From: Prevotella sp. CAG:1058
GTDB lineage: Bacteria; Bacteroidota; Bacteroidia; Bacteroidales; Bacteroidaceae
DNA length: 64,000 bases
Assembly (NCBI GenBank): GCA_963931425.1
Contig: OZ007015.1
Location: 1,517,268-1,581,267 of the forward strand
Direction: 5' to 3'
Shown: piece after piece, positions 47,262 through 57,900 of the stretch
Layout of the letters: the number at the start of each line of letters is the position of its first letter
Numbering within the stretch: position 1 is the stretch's first letter
Notes under the pieces: generated by a model
Told to the model about the DNA's origin: nothing
Database searches by the model: none
What the model saw: only the letters and a program-made list of their open reading frames with translations
Program-made: the position numbers and the translations under genes

Positions 47262-48506
47262 ATGAAATTTGATATAGACCGTTTCCGTGAGATACTCGAT
47301 ACATTGTCGAGGAATAAGAGCCGCAGTTTCCTTACAGGTTTCGGCGTGTTCTGGGGCGTGTTCATGCTCGTTGCGCTGCTCGGTGGCGGACAAGGACTGA
47401 AGGAACTGCTGCAAGGCAACTTTGAAGGCTTTGCCACAAACTCCGCTATAATATGGGCACAGCCTACCACAAAACCTTACGCCGGATTCAGAAAGGAGCG
47501 CCAGTGGAGCATGGTTTATGGCGACGTGGAGCGTCTGAAACAACAGGTTACAGAGCTTGCAACGGTTTCGCCGGTGCTGTCTCATTGGGGTGGAAGCGCT
47601 ACTTTTGCTGACCGTAAGACCGATTGCACTATGAAAGGACTGCTGCCTGACTATCAGCAGGTTGAGGCTCCGCAGATGTTTTACGGGCGTTACATCAACG
47701 ACATGGATATAAGTCAGAACCGCAAGGTCTGCGTTATCGGCAAGAAGGTCTACAAGGACCTGTTCCCCTCGGGCGGCGACCCTTGCGGCAAGCGCATCTG
47801 TGTGGACAAGATTTATTACGATGTGGTAGGTGTTGACTACAGTTCGGGCAACATGAACGTGAGCGGACGTAACGAGTCGTCTGTCGTGGTGCCGCTTACG
47901 ATGATGCAGAAAGCCTACAACCTCGGCGACAGTGTTCATCTTATATGTGTTACTGCGAAGCCGGGCGTAACCATGAGCAGCATTTCAGGAAAGATGCGCG
48001 CGGTCATAGCAAAGGCTCACAAGGTTGATCCTACTGACGAAAAAGGTATCATGGTGTTCAATACAGAGGTGCTTTTCGGTATGCTCGACAATCTTTTCAG
48101 CGGTGTAAACTTCCTTATTCTGCTCGTTGGTATCGGCACTCTGCTGGCCGGAGCGATAGGAGTCAGCAACATTATGATGGTAACCGTGCGCGAACGCACT
48201 ACCGAGATAGGCATCCGCCGCGCCATAGGAGCCACGCCGAAGAACATTCTCAGTCAGATAATAGCCGAGAGTGTGATTCTTACTGCGGTTGCAGGCATGA
48301 GCGGAATACTCTTTGCTGTCATGGTTCTTGAGATGCTTGAGCTTGGCAATACTACTGACGGAATAGTCAATGCGCACTTCCAGGTAGGCTTCTGGACAGC
48401 TATCGGCGCAGTGCTTCTGCTTGCGCTGCTCGGTGTTCTGGCAGGACTTGCGCCGGCGTTGCGTGCAATGAGCATCAAACCTGTTGACGCCATGAGGGAC
48501 GAATGA
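47262..48506 (+). CDS. MacB/FtsX-like ABC permease 2
   Basis: NKSRSFLTGFGVFWG, GVSNIMMVTVRERTTEIGIRRAIGA, PVDAMRDE. Confidence 0.93.
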   Translation: MKFDIDRFREILDTLSRNKSRSFLTGFGVFWGVFMLVALLGGGQGLKELLQGNFEGFATNSAIIWAQPTTKPYAGFRKERQWSMVYGDVERLKQQVTELATVSPVLSHWGGSATFADRKTDCTMKGLLPDYQQVEAPQMFYGRYINDMDISQNRKVCVIGKKVYKDLFPSGGDPCGKRICVDKIYYDVVGVDYSSGNMNVSGRNESSVVVPLTMMQKAYNLGDSVHLICVTAKPGVTMSSISGKMRAVIAKAHKVDPTDEKGIMVFNTEVLFGMLDNLFSGVNFLILLVGIGTLLAGAIGVSNIMMVTVRERTTEIGIRRAIGATPKNILSQIIAESVILTAVAGMSGILFAVMVLEMLELGNTTDGIVNAHFQVGFWTAIGAVLLLALLGVLAGLAPALRAMSIKPVDAMRDE

Positions 48507-48600
48507 CGCACAGACAGTGTTCAGCTTGCCGTGAACGGCAGAGCATAACATGATGTTTTATATAATAAAAATAGACCGAATTTAAATAAAACAAATAAAT

Positions 48601-49704
48601 ATGAAGAAGTATCTGAAAGTAATCATTGCGGCGATTGTAGTCCTTGTATTTATAGGGACGTTCGTCTTCCTGTACCAGAAGTCGAAGCCGCAACCGGTAG
48701 TTTACGACGAGTTTACGCCTAAAGTTACCGACATCAGCAAGACGACCGTCATAACCGGCGCGATAGAACCGCGCGACGAGGTGGAAGTGAAACCGCAGAT
48801 CAGCGGCATCATTACCGAAATCTACAAGGAGGCGGGCCAGATGGTGAAGGCCGGCGAGGTGATAGCCAAGGTTAAGGTTATACCCGACATGGGGCAGCTA
48901 AGTTCTGCCGAGAGCCGCGTCAGGCTGGCGGAAATAAACCTGAAGCAGGCGAAGGTTAACTACGACCGTGAGAAGCAGCTCTATGACAAGCAGCTTGTCA
49001 GCGCAGAGGAATACGACAACGTGCGCCAGACTCTTGACCAGGCACGCGAGGAAAAGACTGCCGCCATCGACGCACTTGAGGTTGTACGCGACGGAGTATC
49101 ACGCAGTAATGCCAGCGCAAGCAGCACTCTGATACGCTCGACGATAAGCGGACTGATTCTCGACGTGCCCGTAAAGGTGGGTAATTCGGTAATTCTCAGC
49201 AACACATTCAACGACGGTACGACGATAGCGACCGTCGCTGACATGAGCGATCTTATCTTCAAGGGCAATATTGATGAGACAGAGGTAGGACAACTCGTTA
49301 CGGGAATGCCGATGAGAATTACCATTGGAGCATTGCAGAACCTGAAGTTTGAAGCCCGACTCGAATACATTTCGCCGAAGGCAACAGACAACAATGGCGC
49401 CAACCAGTTTGAGATTAAGGCGGCGGTAACCGTTCCGCAGGGTAACGCCATACGTTCAGGATACAGTGCAAACGCCGAGATTGAACTGGCAAGTGCCAAA
49501 GGTGTGCTTACAGTTCCTGAAAGTGCGATTGAGTTCAGCGACAACGACACTTATGTGTATGTGATTAAAGGCAGCGGCGACGACAAGACATACGAGCGCC
49601 GTAAGGTTGCAACCGGACTGAGCGATGGTATCAACATCGAGATAAAGAGCGGACTGAAAAAGAGCGAAAAGGTAAGAGGTCCGCAGAAGGTGAAGGACGA
49701 ATAA
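48601..49704 (+). CDS. Periplasmic adaptor (MacA/HlyD-like membrane fusion protein)
   Basis: N-terminal anchor, GAIEPRDEVEVKPQISG, IRSTISG, IDETEVG, GLSDGINIEI. Confidence 0.92.
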   Translation: MKKYLKVIIAAIVVLVFIGTFVFLYQKSKPQPVVYDEFTPKVTDISKTTVITGAIEPRDEVEVKPQISGIITEIYKEAGQMVKAGEVIAKVKVIPDMGQLSSAESRVRLAEINLKQAKVNYDREKQLYDKQLVSAEEYDNVRQTLDQAREEKTAAIDALEVVRDGVSRSNASASSTLIRSTISGLILDVPVKVGNSVILSNTFNDGTTIATVADMSDLIFKGNIDETEVGQLVTGMPMRITIGALQNLKFEARLEYISPKATDNNGANQFEIKAAVTVPQGNAIRSGYSANAEIELASAKGVLTVPESAIEFSDNDTYVYVIKGSGDDKTYERRKVATGLSDGINIEIKSGLKKSEKVRGPQKVKDE

Positions 49705-49775
49705 CGCCGTGGCAGGCTGCATAAAGGCCTTGGACACAGACCGACGGCAATGGTTATACTTAATAAGGAAAGATT

Positions 49776-51113
49776 ATGTTAGTACATAAATTTATTGTAA
49801 CAATATTTTTTCTCCTGGCTGCCATTATGGCTTCGGCGCAGCAGAAGAAGGCGTGGACCTTGCGCGAGTGCATCGACTACGCGCTTGAGAACAATATAAC
49901 AGTGAAGCAACAGGACGTGAAGAGACGCCAGGGCGAGATAGACTTGAGTACGGCTAAGAACAGCCGGCTGCCCGACCTGAGCGCGTCGGCGTCGCAGAAC
50001 TGGTCGTTCGGGCGCGGACTGACCTCGGACAACACGTATTCAAACCAGAATACGGGAAGCACTTCGTTCAGCCTCGGCACGAGCGTACCGCTCTTTACGG
50101 GTTTCAGCATACCGCGCACGATAGAGCTTAACAAGCTTAACCTTGAGGCGCTGACGGCCGACCTTGCCAAGGCACGCGACGATGTAAGCGTGCAGGTGGC
50201 GCAGGCATACGTGCAGATACTTTACGGCATGGAGCTGCGCGACGTGGCGCAGCGCCAGATAGCCATTGACTCGATGCAGGTGGAGCGCCTGAGCGAGATG
50301 TACCGTACGGGCAAGGCGAGCGGCGTTGAGGTGGCGCAGCAGAAGGCGACGCTTGCCCAAAGCCGCCTGACGTACACCCAGGCCGACAACGACTACCGGC
50401 TGGCATTGCTCTCGCTGGCGCAGTTGCTCGAACTGCCCACACCCGAAGGCTTCGCCATTGTGCGTCCGGATGCAGCAGCACTTACGGTCGGCGGCGGCGC
50501 AGGCATGCCCCTGCCCGACGAGATATACCAGGAGGCTGTAGCCGTGAAGCCGGAAGTAAAGGCCGAGGCGTACCGCCTGAAAGGAGCTGAAATGAACATA
50601 AAGCTGGCCAAGAGCGCGCTGCTGCCGACGCTGTCGCTCACGGCAGGACTCGGCTCCAACTATTACAAGACGAGCGGTCTGGAAGCAAAGTCGTTCGGCT
50701 GGCAGATGCGCAACAACTTCAGCCAGTACGTGGGCTTCAACCTAAGCATACCCATATTCAACCGCCTTGCCACACGCAACAACATACGCACCGCGCAGCT
50801 GAACCATGAGACGCAGCAGTTGCAGCTGGAAAACGTGAAGAAAAGCCTGTACAAGGAAATACAGCAGGCGTACTATAATGCCCTGGCGGCCAAGGCGCAG
50901 TATGAAAGCAGCCGCGAGGCGGTGGCAAGCAACAAGGCTGCCTTCGACCTGATGTCGGCAAAGTACGAATATGGCAAGGCCAACATAACTGAGTTCAACG
51001 AGTCGAAAAACAACCTGCTGAAGGCCGAGAGCGACCTTGCGCGCTCGAAATACGAGTACATGTACGACATGAGCCTTATAGACTTCTACCGCGGCAGGAG
51101 CCTCGACTTCTGA
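49776..51113 (+). CDS. TolC family outer-membrane efflux protein
   Basis: WTLRECIDYALENN, RLPDLSASASQ, LSIPIFN, KYEYGKANITE. Confidence 0.93.
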   Translation: MLVHKFIVTIFFLLAAIMASAQQKKAWTLRECIDYALENNITVKQQDVKRRQGEIDLSTAKNSRLPDLSASASQNWSFGRGLTSDNTYSNQNTGSTSFSLGTSVPLFTGFSIPRTIELNKLNLEALTADLAKARDDVSVQVAQAYVQILYGMELRDVAQRQIAIDSMQVERLSEMYRTGKASGVEVAQQKATLAQSRLTYTQADNDYRLALLSLAQLLELPTPEGFAIVRPDAAALTVGGGAGMPLPDEIYQEAVAVKPEVKAEAYRLKGAEMNIKLAKSALLPTLSLTAGLGSNYYKTSGLEAKSFGWQMRNNFSQYVGFNLSIPIFNRLATRNNIRTAQLNHETQQLQLENVKKSLYKEIQQAYYNALAAKAQYESSREAVASNKAAFDLMSAKYEYGKANITEFNESKNNLLKAESDLARSKYEYMYDMSLIDFYRGRSLDF

Positions 51114-51162
51114 CGCTTGCAGGCATGTAACTGTAACAAAACGACATAACAATTAATCAACT

Positions 51163-51927
51163 ATGAAACAGAACGTATTCATTTTAGCGGCGGCTGCCAT
51201 GTTGGCGGCATCGTGCAGCGTAAGCATCAATGGCAATGGCGGCAGCCTGCCTCCTGCCGGTAGTGCCAAGGCCGCCGTACATGCAGCCGAAAGCGCTGCG
51301 GCAAAAGGGTTTACAGGAATAAGGATAAACGGCGGATATGATGTCTATTACACGCCGGGCGCCCAAACAAGCATAAGGCTGGAGGGAGATGCTGACTGCA
51401 TAAGGCGCACCATAGTGGAGAACAAGGGTAACACCCTGATAATATCGCCGGCGAAGGGAAAGGGCTTTTTCAAGTCAAACGATCAAGACGTCGACATTTA
51501 CATCACCTCTCCTGCAATTTCGAACGTCAGTGTTAAAGGCTCGGGCGACTTCACTGCGAAAGGCGACATCAGCACCCGGAAGTTCTCTGCAGCAATAGCC
51601 GGTTCGGGCGACGTAAGGATGAGAGGCGTCACTGCGGACGCGATAAGCGTAAGCGTTTCAGGCTCTGGCGACGTTGAAATTGGTGCGGCAAAGGCCGGAG
51701 TGGCAGAGTTCTCGATATCAGGTTCGGGCGACATTGGCGTGAAAGACATCAAGGCCGGCAGCGTGAAGGCGAGAATTGCCGGTTCGGGCGATGTGGAAAT
51801 GGCACGCGCCGACATAGGTAAGGCTTCATGCTCGATAGCTGGTTCGGGCGACATAAGTATAAAAGGCAGTGTGGACAGACTTGAAAAGTCGGTTGCCGGA
51901 TCGGGCACGGTGTCGGTAAGCCGGTAA
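51163..51927 (+). CDS. Head GIN domain (DUF2807) lipoprotein
   Basis: Lipobox AASC and repeated (I/V)(S/A/K)GSGD(V/I/F) beta-helix motifs. Confidence 0.88.
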   Translation: MKQNVFILAAAAMLAASCSVSINGNGGSLPPAGSAKAAVHAAESAAAKGFTGIRINGGYDVYYTPGAQTSIRLEGDADCIRRTIVENKGNTLIISPAKGKGFFKSNDQDVDIYITSPAISNVSVKGSGDFTAKGDISTRKFSAAIAGSGDVRMRGVTADAISVSVSGSGDVEIGAAKAGVAEFSISGSGDIGVKDIKAGSVKARIAGSGDVEMARADIGKASCSIAGSGDISIKGSVDRLEKSVAGSGTVSVSR

Positions 51928-51994
51928 TGCTGAAACGCCTTGCGTGACGTGCCTGTCAATCGTCGTGACACCGCCCGTAAAACAGGCGTGTCGT

Positions 51995-52075
51995 GAAAGG
52001 CCGCCTTTGAGGCCGCGAAAGGTAACCTTTTAGAGCGTGAAAGGTTACCTTTTACATCCTAAAAGGTAACCTCTT
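51995..52075. repeat. 22-bp-period palindrome array, copy 8 (units 51995, 52017, 52039, 52061; only a half anchor at 52111)
   Basis: GAAAGGCCGCCTTTG, GAAAGGTAACCTTTT, GAAAGGTTACCTTTT, AAAAGGTAACCTCTT. Confidence 0.88.
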
Positions 52076-52127
52076 GCAATTCATGCGCGGCTTAGCCATG
52101 CCGGACGTGTGTAAGTAATTGAAAATG

Positions 52128-52176
52128 AAGGAGGATGAACCAAAAACCACAAGGCTGAGGTTCATCCTCCTTTTAT
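52128..52176. terminator. Terminator hairpin between convergent GIN and MFS genes
   Basis: AAGGAGGATGAACC ... GGTTCATCCTCCTT followed by TTATATTTT. Confidence 0.75.
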
Positions 52177-52276
52177 ATTTTGTCAGGACTGCCGGCCCTG
52201 TTGTGTTATTGTAGCTTTCAGCTTGTTTCCGGTATCATCAAGCCTGTTGGCAGGCGTCAAGCCGTAGTCTTCGGGC

Positions 52277-53602
52277 TTATTGTTTTTCGCCCAAGGTCTC
52301 CTTTATTATTGATACGCTCGCTGCTCCGGCAAGCATTAATACGCCAGAAACGAGCATCATGCTGCTCTGCGCGCTGCCTACAAGGCCGAGGACAACGCCG
52401 CCGAGAGCCGCCGCAATGATTTGCGGGATGCAGATTGTGCCGTTGAACAGTCCGAGGTACGTGCCCATGTGGCTGCCGTTAAGGGCGTTGGTAACGATGG
52501 TGAAAGGCATTGCCAGCATTGCCGCCCATGCGCAGCCGATAAGCAGGTAGGGGATGAACAGCACGTACTGGTCGTGGATGTAAGGCACCATGAGGAAGCC
52601 TGCGCCTCCTAGCACGAGGCTGAGCGAGTATGCCAGCTTGGTCTTCTTGAACTTGGGCAGCACCACGGCCCAGCATACGCTGCCTATGGCCTGCACGGCG
52701 AAGAGTATGCCAACCCAGTTGCCGGCTGCCTGGAAACCTTCAGACGTAGGGTCGGTTGTGTGCCAGCAGGTTTCGGCTATCGCTCCGTTGGTGTAGTTCC
52801 ACATGTAGAGGAACGCTGCCCAGCAGAAGAACTGTACGAGTCCTACCGTCCAGAATGCCGACGGGGCTTCGCGCAGCAGCTTGAACCAGTTTACTTTCTC
52901 CTCGTTGAGCGGTTTTGAGAGACCGTGGTATTCGGCATACTCCTTCGGCGGCATCTCCTTTACTTTCACGGCAGTGTAGATGACGCAGAGTATCAGTATG
53001 GCCGCTCCGATGTAGAACGAGTAGATTACCGAGTCGGGGATTACGCCTTTGGGCGCAATGTTGCTTATGCCGATGAACGTGAAGAAGAACGGGAATACGT
53101 ATCCGACCAGCGAGCCGGCGTTGCAGAGGAAACTCTGTATGGAGTAGGCAAGGCCTTTCTGCTTCTCGTTTACCATGTCGCCCACGAGCATCTTGAAGGG
53201 CTGCATGGCCATGTTGATGCTTGTGTCGAGGAACATGAGCGACACGAGGCCGAACACCATTGCGGTCGATACTGTCATGCCGAGCGAGCCTGCGTTGGGC
53301 AGCATGCACATTACGAGTACGGCCACCAGGGCTCCCACGAACAGGTAGGGTATGCGCCGGCCGAAGCGGCACCATGTCTTGTCGCTGAACGTTCCCACCA
53401 ACGGCTGTACTATTATGCCCATTAGCGGCGGCAGTATCCAGAAATAGCTGAGATTGTGCGGGTCGGCGCCGAGAGTGGCGAAGATGCGGCTGATGTTGGC
53501 GCTTTGCAGGGCGTATGCAATCTGTACGCCGAAAAAGCCTAAGCTCAAGTTCCAGAGCTTGATGAAACTAAGGTCTGGTTTGTTTTTTAATCCTGTATTC
53601 AT
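52277..53602 (-). CDS. MFS maltose/sugar transporter (SLC45/MalT-like)
   Basis: LWNLSLGFFGVQIAYALQ, FSDKTWCRFGRRIPY, DTSINMAMQPFK, GTYLGLFN. Confidence 0.9.
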   Translation of the reverse strand: MNTGLKNKPDLSFIKLWNLSLGFFGVQIAYALQSANISRIFATLGADPHNLSYFWILPPLMGIIVQPLVGTFSDKTWCRFGRRIPYLFVGALVAVLVMCMLPNAGSLGMTVSTAMVFGLVSLMFLDTSINMAMQPFKMLVGDMVNEKQKGLAYSIQSFLCNAGSLVGYVFPFFFTFIGISNIAPKGVIPDSVIYSFYIGAAILILCVIYTAVKVKEMPPKEYAEYHGLSKPLNEEKVNWFKLLREAPSAFWTVGLVQFFCWAAFLYMWNYTNGAIAETCWHTTDPTSEGFQAAGNWVGILFAVQAIGSVCWAVVLPKFKKTKLAYSLSLVLGGAGFLMVPYIHDQYVLFIPYLLIGCAWAAMLAMPFTIVTNALNGSHMGTYLGLFNGTICIPQIIAAALGGVVLGLVGSAQSSMMLVSGVLMLAGAASVSIIKETLGEKQ

Positions 53603-53636
53603 TTTTTATGTTTAAGGTATTAAGTTTGTTCATGAT

Positions 53637-54674
53637 TCAAGCGTTGTCGGTATCCCTTGTCGTTCCTCTTATTATCAGCCTTGTCTTTATCACGCGTTTT
53701 TCAATCTTGTCGATAGGGATTCTTCCTTCAACTTTGTTTATAAGTATGTCCGCCGCCTCGCGGCCTACCTTGTATCCGTTCTGCTCTACGGTGGTAAGCA
53801 TCGGGTTGCAAGCCACGGCCCTTTGTCCGTTGGTGAATCCGCATACCGAAATGTCTTCGGGTACGCGCAGCCCCATGCGTTTTGCCGTGTACATTATTCC
53901 GATCGCCGTGTCGTCGTTGATGGCGAAGAAAGCGTCGGGGCGGTTCTCCATCCTTAGCACGTCAGGGGTCAGCCGCTCGGCGTCTTCACGGTTGTCGCAT
54001 TCTATTTTCACGCATTCGTCAGGGTTGAGGCCGTATTTGCGCAGTGCGTCGTGCCAGCCGTTATAGCGGTTCTTTGATATCTCAAGCTTCATCGACGAAC
54101 CATAAAACGCAATGTTGCGGCAGCCTGTCTTGATCATGTATTCAACGGCAGAGAAAGCTCCCATGTAGTCGTCCACGGTGACGCGGCTGGTGTTTATGCC
54201 TGTACATATCCTGTCGAAGAACACCAGGGGCATGCCCATGTCAATAAGGCGCTGGAAATGGTCGTATTTACGGGTGCTTTTGGCTTGTGACACTATTATG
54301 CCGCACGCCTTGTTGTCGTAAAATGACTTACATGTGTCTACTTCGCGCTGGTAGTCTTCATTGCTTTGCGCCACAAGCAGCCGGTAGCCGTGCTTGAGCG
54401 CTTCGTCTTCAATGCCGCTCAGTACGGACGAGAAGTAAAAGTGTGTGAATTGCGGTATTATGACGCCTATTATCTTGATGGTCTTGTTGTTGCGCAGTGA
54501 TTCAGCCATAAGGTTGGGGCTGAAGTTGTGCTCTCTTGCATAGGCGGTTATCTTGTTGCGTGTGTTTTCGCTTATTCTCGGATTACCCTTAAGGGCACGC
54601 GACACCGTTGCCACTGAAACATTGAGCTCCCTGGCTATGTCTTTCATCGTTATCGGCGTGTTGTTTTTAGGCAT
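53637..54674 (-). CDS. LacI family regulator (MalR-like)
   Basis: ITMKDIARELNVSVATVSRAL, FSPNLMA, LVFFDRI, VPEDISVCGF. Confidence 0.95.
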   Translation of the reverse strand: MPKNNTPITMKDIARELNVSVATVSRALKGNPRISENTRNKITAYAREHNFSPNLMAESLRNNKTIKIIGVIIPQFTHFYFSSVLSGIEDEALKHGYRLLVAQSNEDYQREVDTCKSFYDNKACGIIVSQAKSTRKYDHFQRLIDMGMPLVFFDRICTGINTSRVTVDDYMGAFSAVEYMIKTGCRNIAFYGSSMKLEISKNRYNGWHDALRKYGLNPDECVKIECDNREDAERLTPDVLRMENRPDAFFAINDDTAIGIMYTAKRMGLRVPEDISVCGFTNGQRAVACNPMLTTVEQNGYKVGREAADILINKVEGRIPIDKIEKRVIKTRLIIRGTTRDTDNA

Positions 54675-54752
54675 TCCTCTTTTTTATGTCGCAAAAATAC
54701 TTACAGTCGACATATTATTACGTTTACACCTTGTATTATTTAAAGATTTCAT

Positions 54753-54770
54753 TGTGCAACCGATTGCACA
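54753..54770. promoter_or_regulatory. LacI-type operator between divergent lacI and susC
   Basis: TGTGCAA-C-CG-A-TTGCACA with central CG, between -7 boxes TATTTTTG at 54699-54692 (-) and 54824-54831 (+). Confidence 0.82.
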
Positions 54771-54934
54771 TTTAGAAGTGTGTTTTTTCGTTAAATTCAA
54801 TGTCATGTATATCAAATCGGAAGTATTTTTGCAATTGTGAAAACTGACCTATAAGCCGTAATTTTTGATAATGTAACCAAGAAACAATTTATTGGAAATA
54901 TGTTTGTATTTAATGTTAACTTTAAAAGCACAAA

Positions 54935-57900
54935 ATGATGAAGCAGGTAAAATCAAGACCTCTATTTAGGATTTTGTCCCTGTTGTTGGGGCTTTTCCTA
55001 TCAGTGGGAGCCTTTGCGCAAAGTAACGTCAAAGGCGTAGTGAAGGATGCTTCCGGTGAGCCGATAATCGGTGCCACTGTCCGTGTCGTAGGGCAAGAGG
55101 GTGGCGTCATTACCGACTTTGACGGTAATTTCACCATCAAGGCCGCTCCTGGAGCTAAAGTGTCCGTGTCTTACATAGGTTATCAGACTGTCGAAGTGCC
55201 GGTGTCGGCCAACATGGTCATAACACTTAAGGATGACACGCAGTTGCTTGAAGACGTGGTGGTTATCGGTTACGGCCGTGCCAAGAAAGAAGACCTTACA
55301 GGTTCTGTTACGGCTGTAAAGCCAGACGAGATGAGCAAGGGTATCACAAGCAGTGCCTCTGACATGCTTGTAGGCAAGATTGCCGGTGTCGATGTCATCA
55401 CGGCAGGCGGTTCTCCGGGTGCCGGAGCACAGATACGCATCCGCGGCGGTTCGTCATTGAACGCCAGCAACGACCCGTTGATTGTAATCGACGGACTTAC
55501 GATTGACAGCCACACGGCTACCGGTATGAGTAACGTAATGGCTATGATTAACCCGAACGATATCGAGACTTTCACGGTGCTCAAGGACGCTTCGGCTACT
55601 GCAATCTACGGTTCGCGTGCGTCAAACGGTGTAATCATCATCACCACCAAGAAGGGACGCAAGGGCACAGGACCGAAGTTCTCTTACAACGGTGACGTTA
55701 CAATCTCTACAACACAGAAGCGTTACGACGTGCTCACAGGCGACGAGTACCGTAATCTGATTAGTCAGGTTGAAGGCCCTGAGGCACTTAAAGGCTTAGG
55801 CCAGTCAAATACCGACTGGCAGGACGAAGTGTTCCGCACAGCTGTCAGCACATCGCACAACCTCTCGATTACCGGCGGCTTGAAGAACATGCCTTACCGC
55901 GTATCAGTTGGTTACCAGGACGACAACGGTATCGTGAAGAACTCTTACATGAAGCGTTTCAACGCATCAGTAAACCTTGCGCCGTCTTTCCTCGACGACC
56001 ACCTGAACTTCAACGTCACTGCTAAGTTCATGACAGAGAAGGACCGTTATGTCGACACAGGCGCAGCCATAGGTTCGGCTCTATCAATGGACCCGACACG
56101 CCCTGTTTATGCCGACAGTGAAATGGGACAGTTCTTCGGCGGTTTCTACCAGAACGGACAGGAAGCCAATTACAGTGACCCCGACTGGCTGTACACCAAG
56201 AACCCGAACTCTCCGCAGAACCCGGTGGCTTACCTTAACCTTGTAAGCTGCATTGCACACTCTTACGACTTTACGGGTAACGTGGAGATGGATTATAAGA
56301 TTCATGGATTCGAAGATTTGCACATACACGCAAGCTACGGCGGACAATACACCGACTCAAAGCAGGACGATGTAAGTTCTCCTTATTCTTACCAGGACAA
56401 CTACTTCGGCTACAACAAGCTGACCCGTTATTGGAAATACAGCATCACAGCCAATGTTTACGCACAGTACCAGCACACGTTCGGTGCGCACAACATCGAC
56501 ATCATGGCTGGCGCCGAGGAGTCACACTATCACAGGAACGGCTGGAGCTACGGTAACGGCGTTGACCCGGTAACAGGCGATACTTCATACAACCGTACAA
56601 TCAAGTCTGAGCAGGAATGGGCAACCCATAACTCTCTTGTTTCATACTTCGGACGTCTGAACTATACTCTTCTCGACCGTTACATGGTTACTGCAACATT
56701 CCGTGCCGACGGTTCTTCACGTTTCGCCAAAGGACACAAGTGGGGCTATTTCCCGTCTGTAGCTCTTGCATGGCGCATCAACGACGAGAAGTTCATGAAG
56801 AACATCGATTGGTGGAACGAGTTCAAGCTCCGTCTTGGTTGGGGTCAGACAGGTCAGCAGGACCTCGGCGACAGCGTAGGCGACTTCCTCTATGCCCCGC
56901 TGTACACAGTCAGCGACCAGTATGCACAGTATCCGTTCGGCAGTACGTATTATTATACAATGCGCCCGAACCGTTACAATCCCGACCTTACTTGGGAGAC
57001 TACTACCACATGGAACGCAGGTCTTGACTTCGCATTCTTGAACAACCGCATTACGGCAAGCATCGACGGCTACTATCGTAAGACTACCGACCTTATCCAG
57101 GAAGTAAGGCTCCCGTCTCTGATGAACTTCGCTTCACGTATGGCAAAGAACATCGGTTCGCTCGAAAATTACGGTGTTGAATTCTCATTCGGAGCAAAGC
57201 CCATCGTTACTAAGGACTTCACTTGGGACATCCAATACAACGTTACATGGAACCACAACGAGATTACAGAGCTTATCGGTGGCGACGACGGCTATATCGT
57301 GCCGACAGGTACGACAGCTTCACGCGGTAACACTACTTACGTGCAGGCACATACGGTAGGCCAGCCGGCTAACTCGTTCTGGGTTTACCAGCAGGTTTAC
57401 GACGACAACGGCAAGCCAATCGAGGGCGTTTACGTTGACCGCGACGGCAACGGCCAGATCAACAGCGACGACCGTTACTTCTACCACAGCCCCGCAGCTG
57501 ATGTTTACATGGGCTTCACGACCAAGTTCATCTACAAGCGTTGGGACTTGAGTGCATCGTTCCGTGCTGCCATCGGCAACTACGTTTACTACGACTTCCT
57601 GTCTAACTTGGCAAACGTAAGCGTTTCAGGTTTGCACCACCACAACATTTATACTAATACGACGCAGGCTGCTGTCGACCTCGGTTTCACCGGAATGGCT
57701 GACATTGCCCTTAGCGACTACTTCGTTCGCAATGCTTCTTACCTGAAGTGTGCCAACATAACGCTCGGCTACTCGTTCCCGGCTTTGTTTAAGGCTGGCA
57801 ACAACGAATATTTGTCAGGACGTCTGTACTTCACGGTTCAGAACCCGTTCATCATAACCAAGTATGACGGTCTTGATCCTGAAATCTCAAGCGGTGTTGA

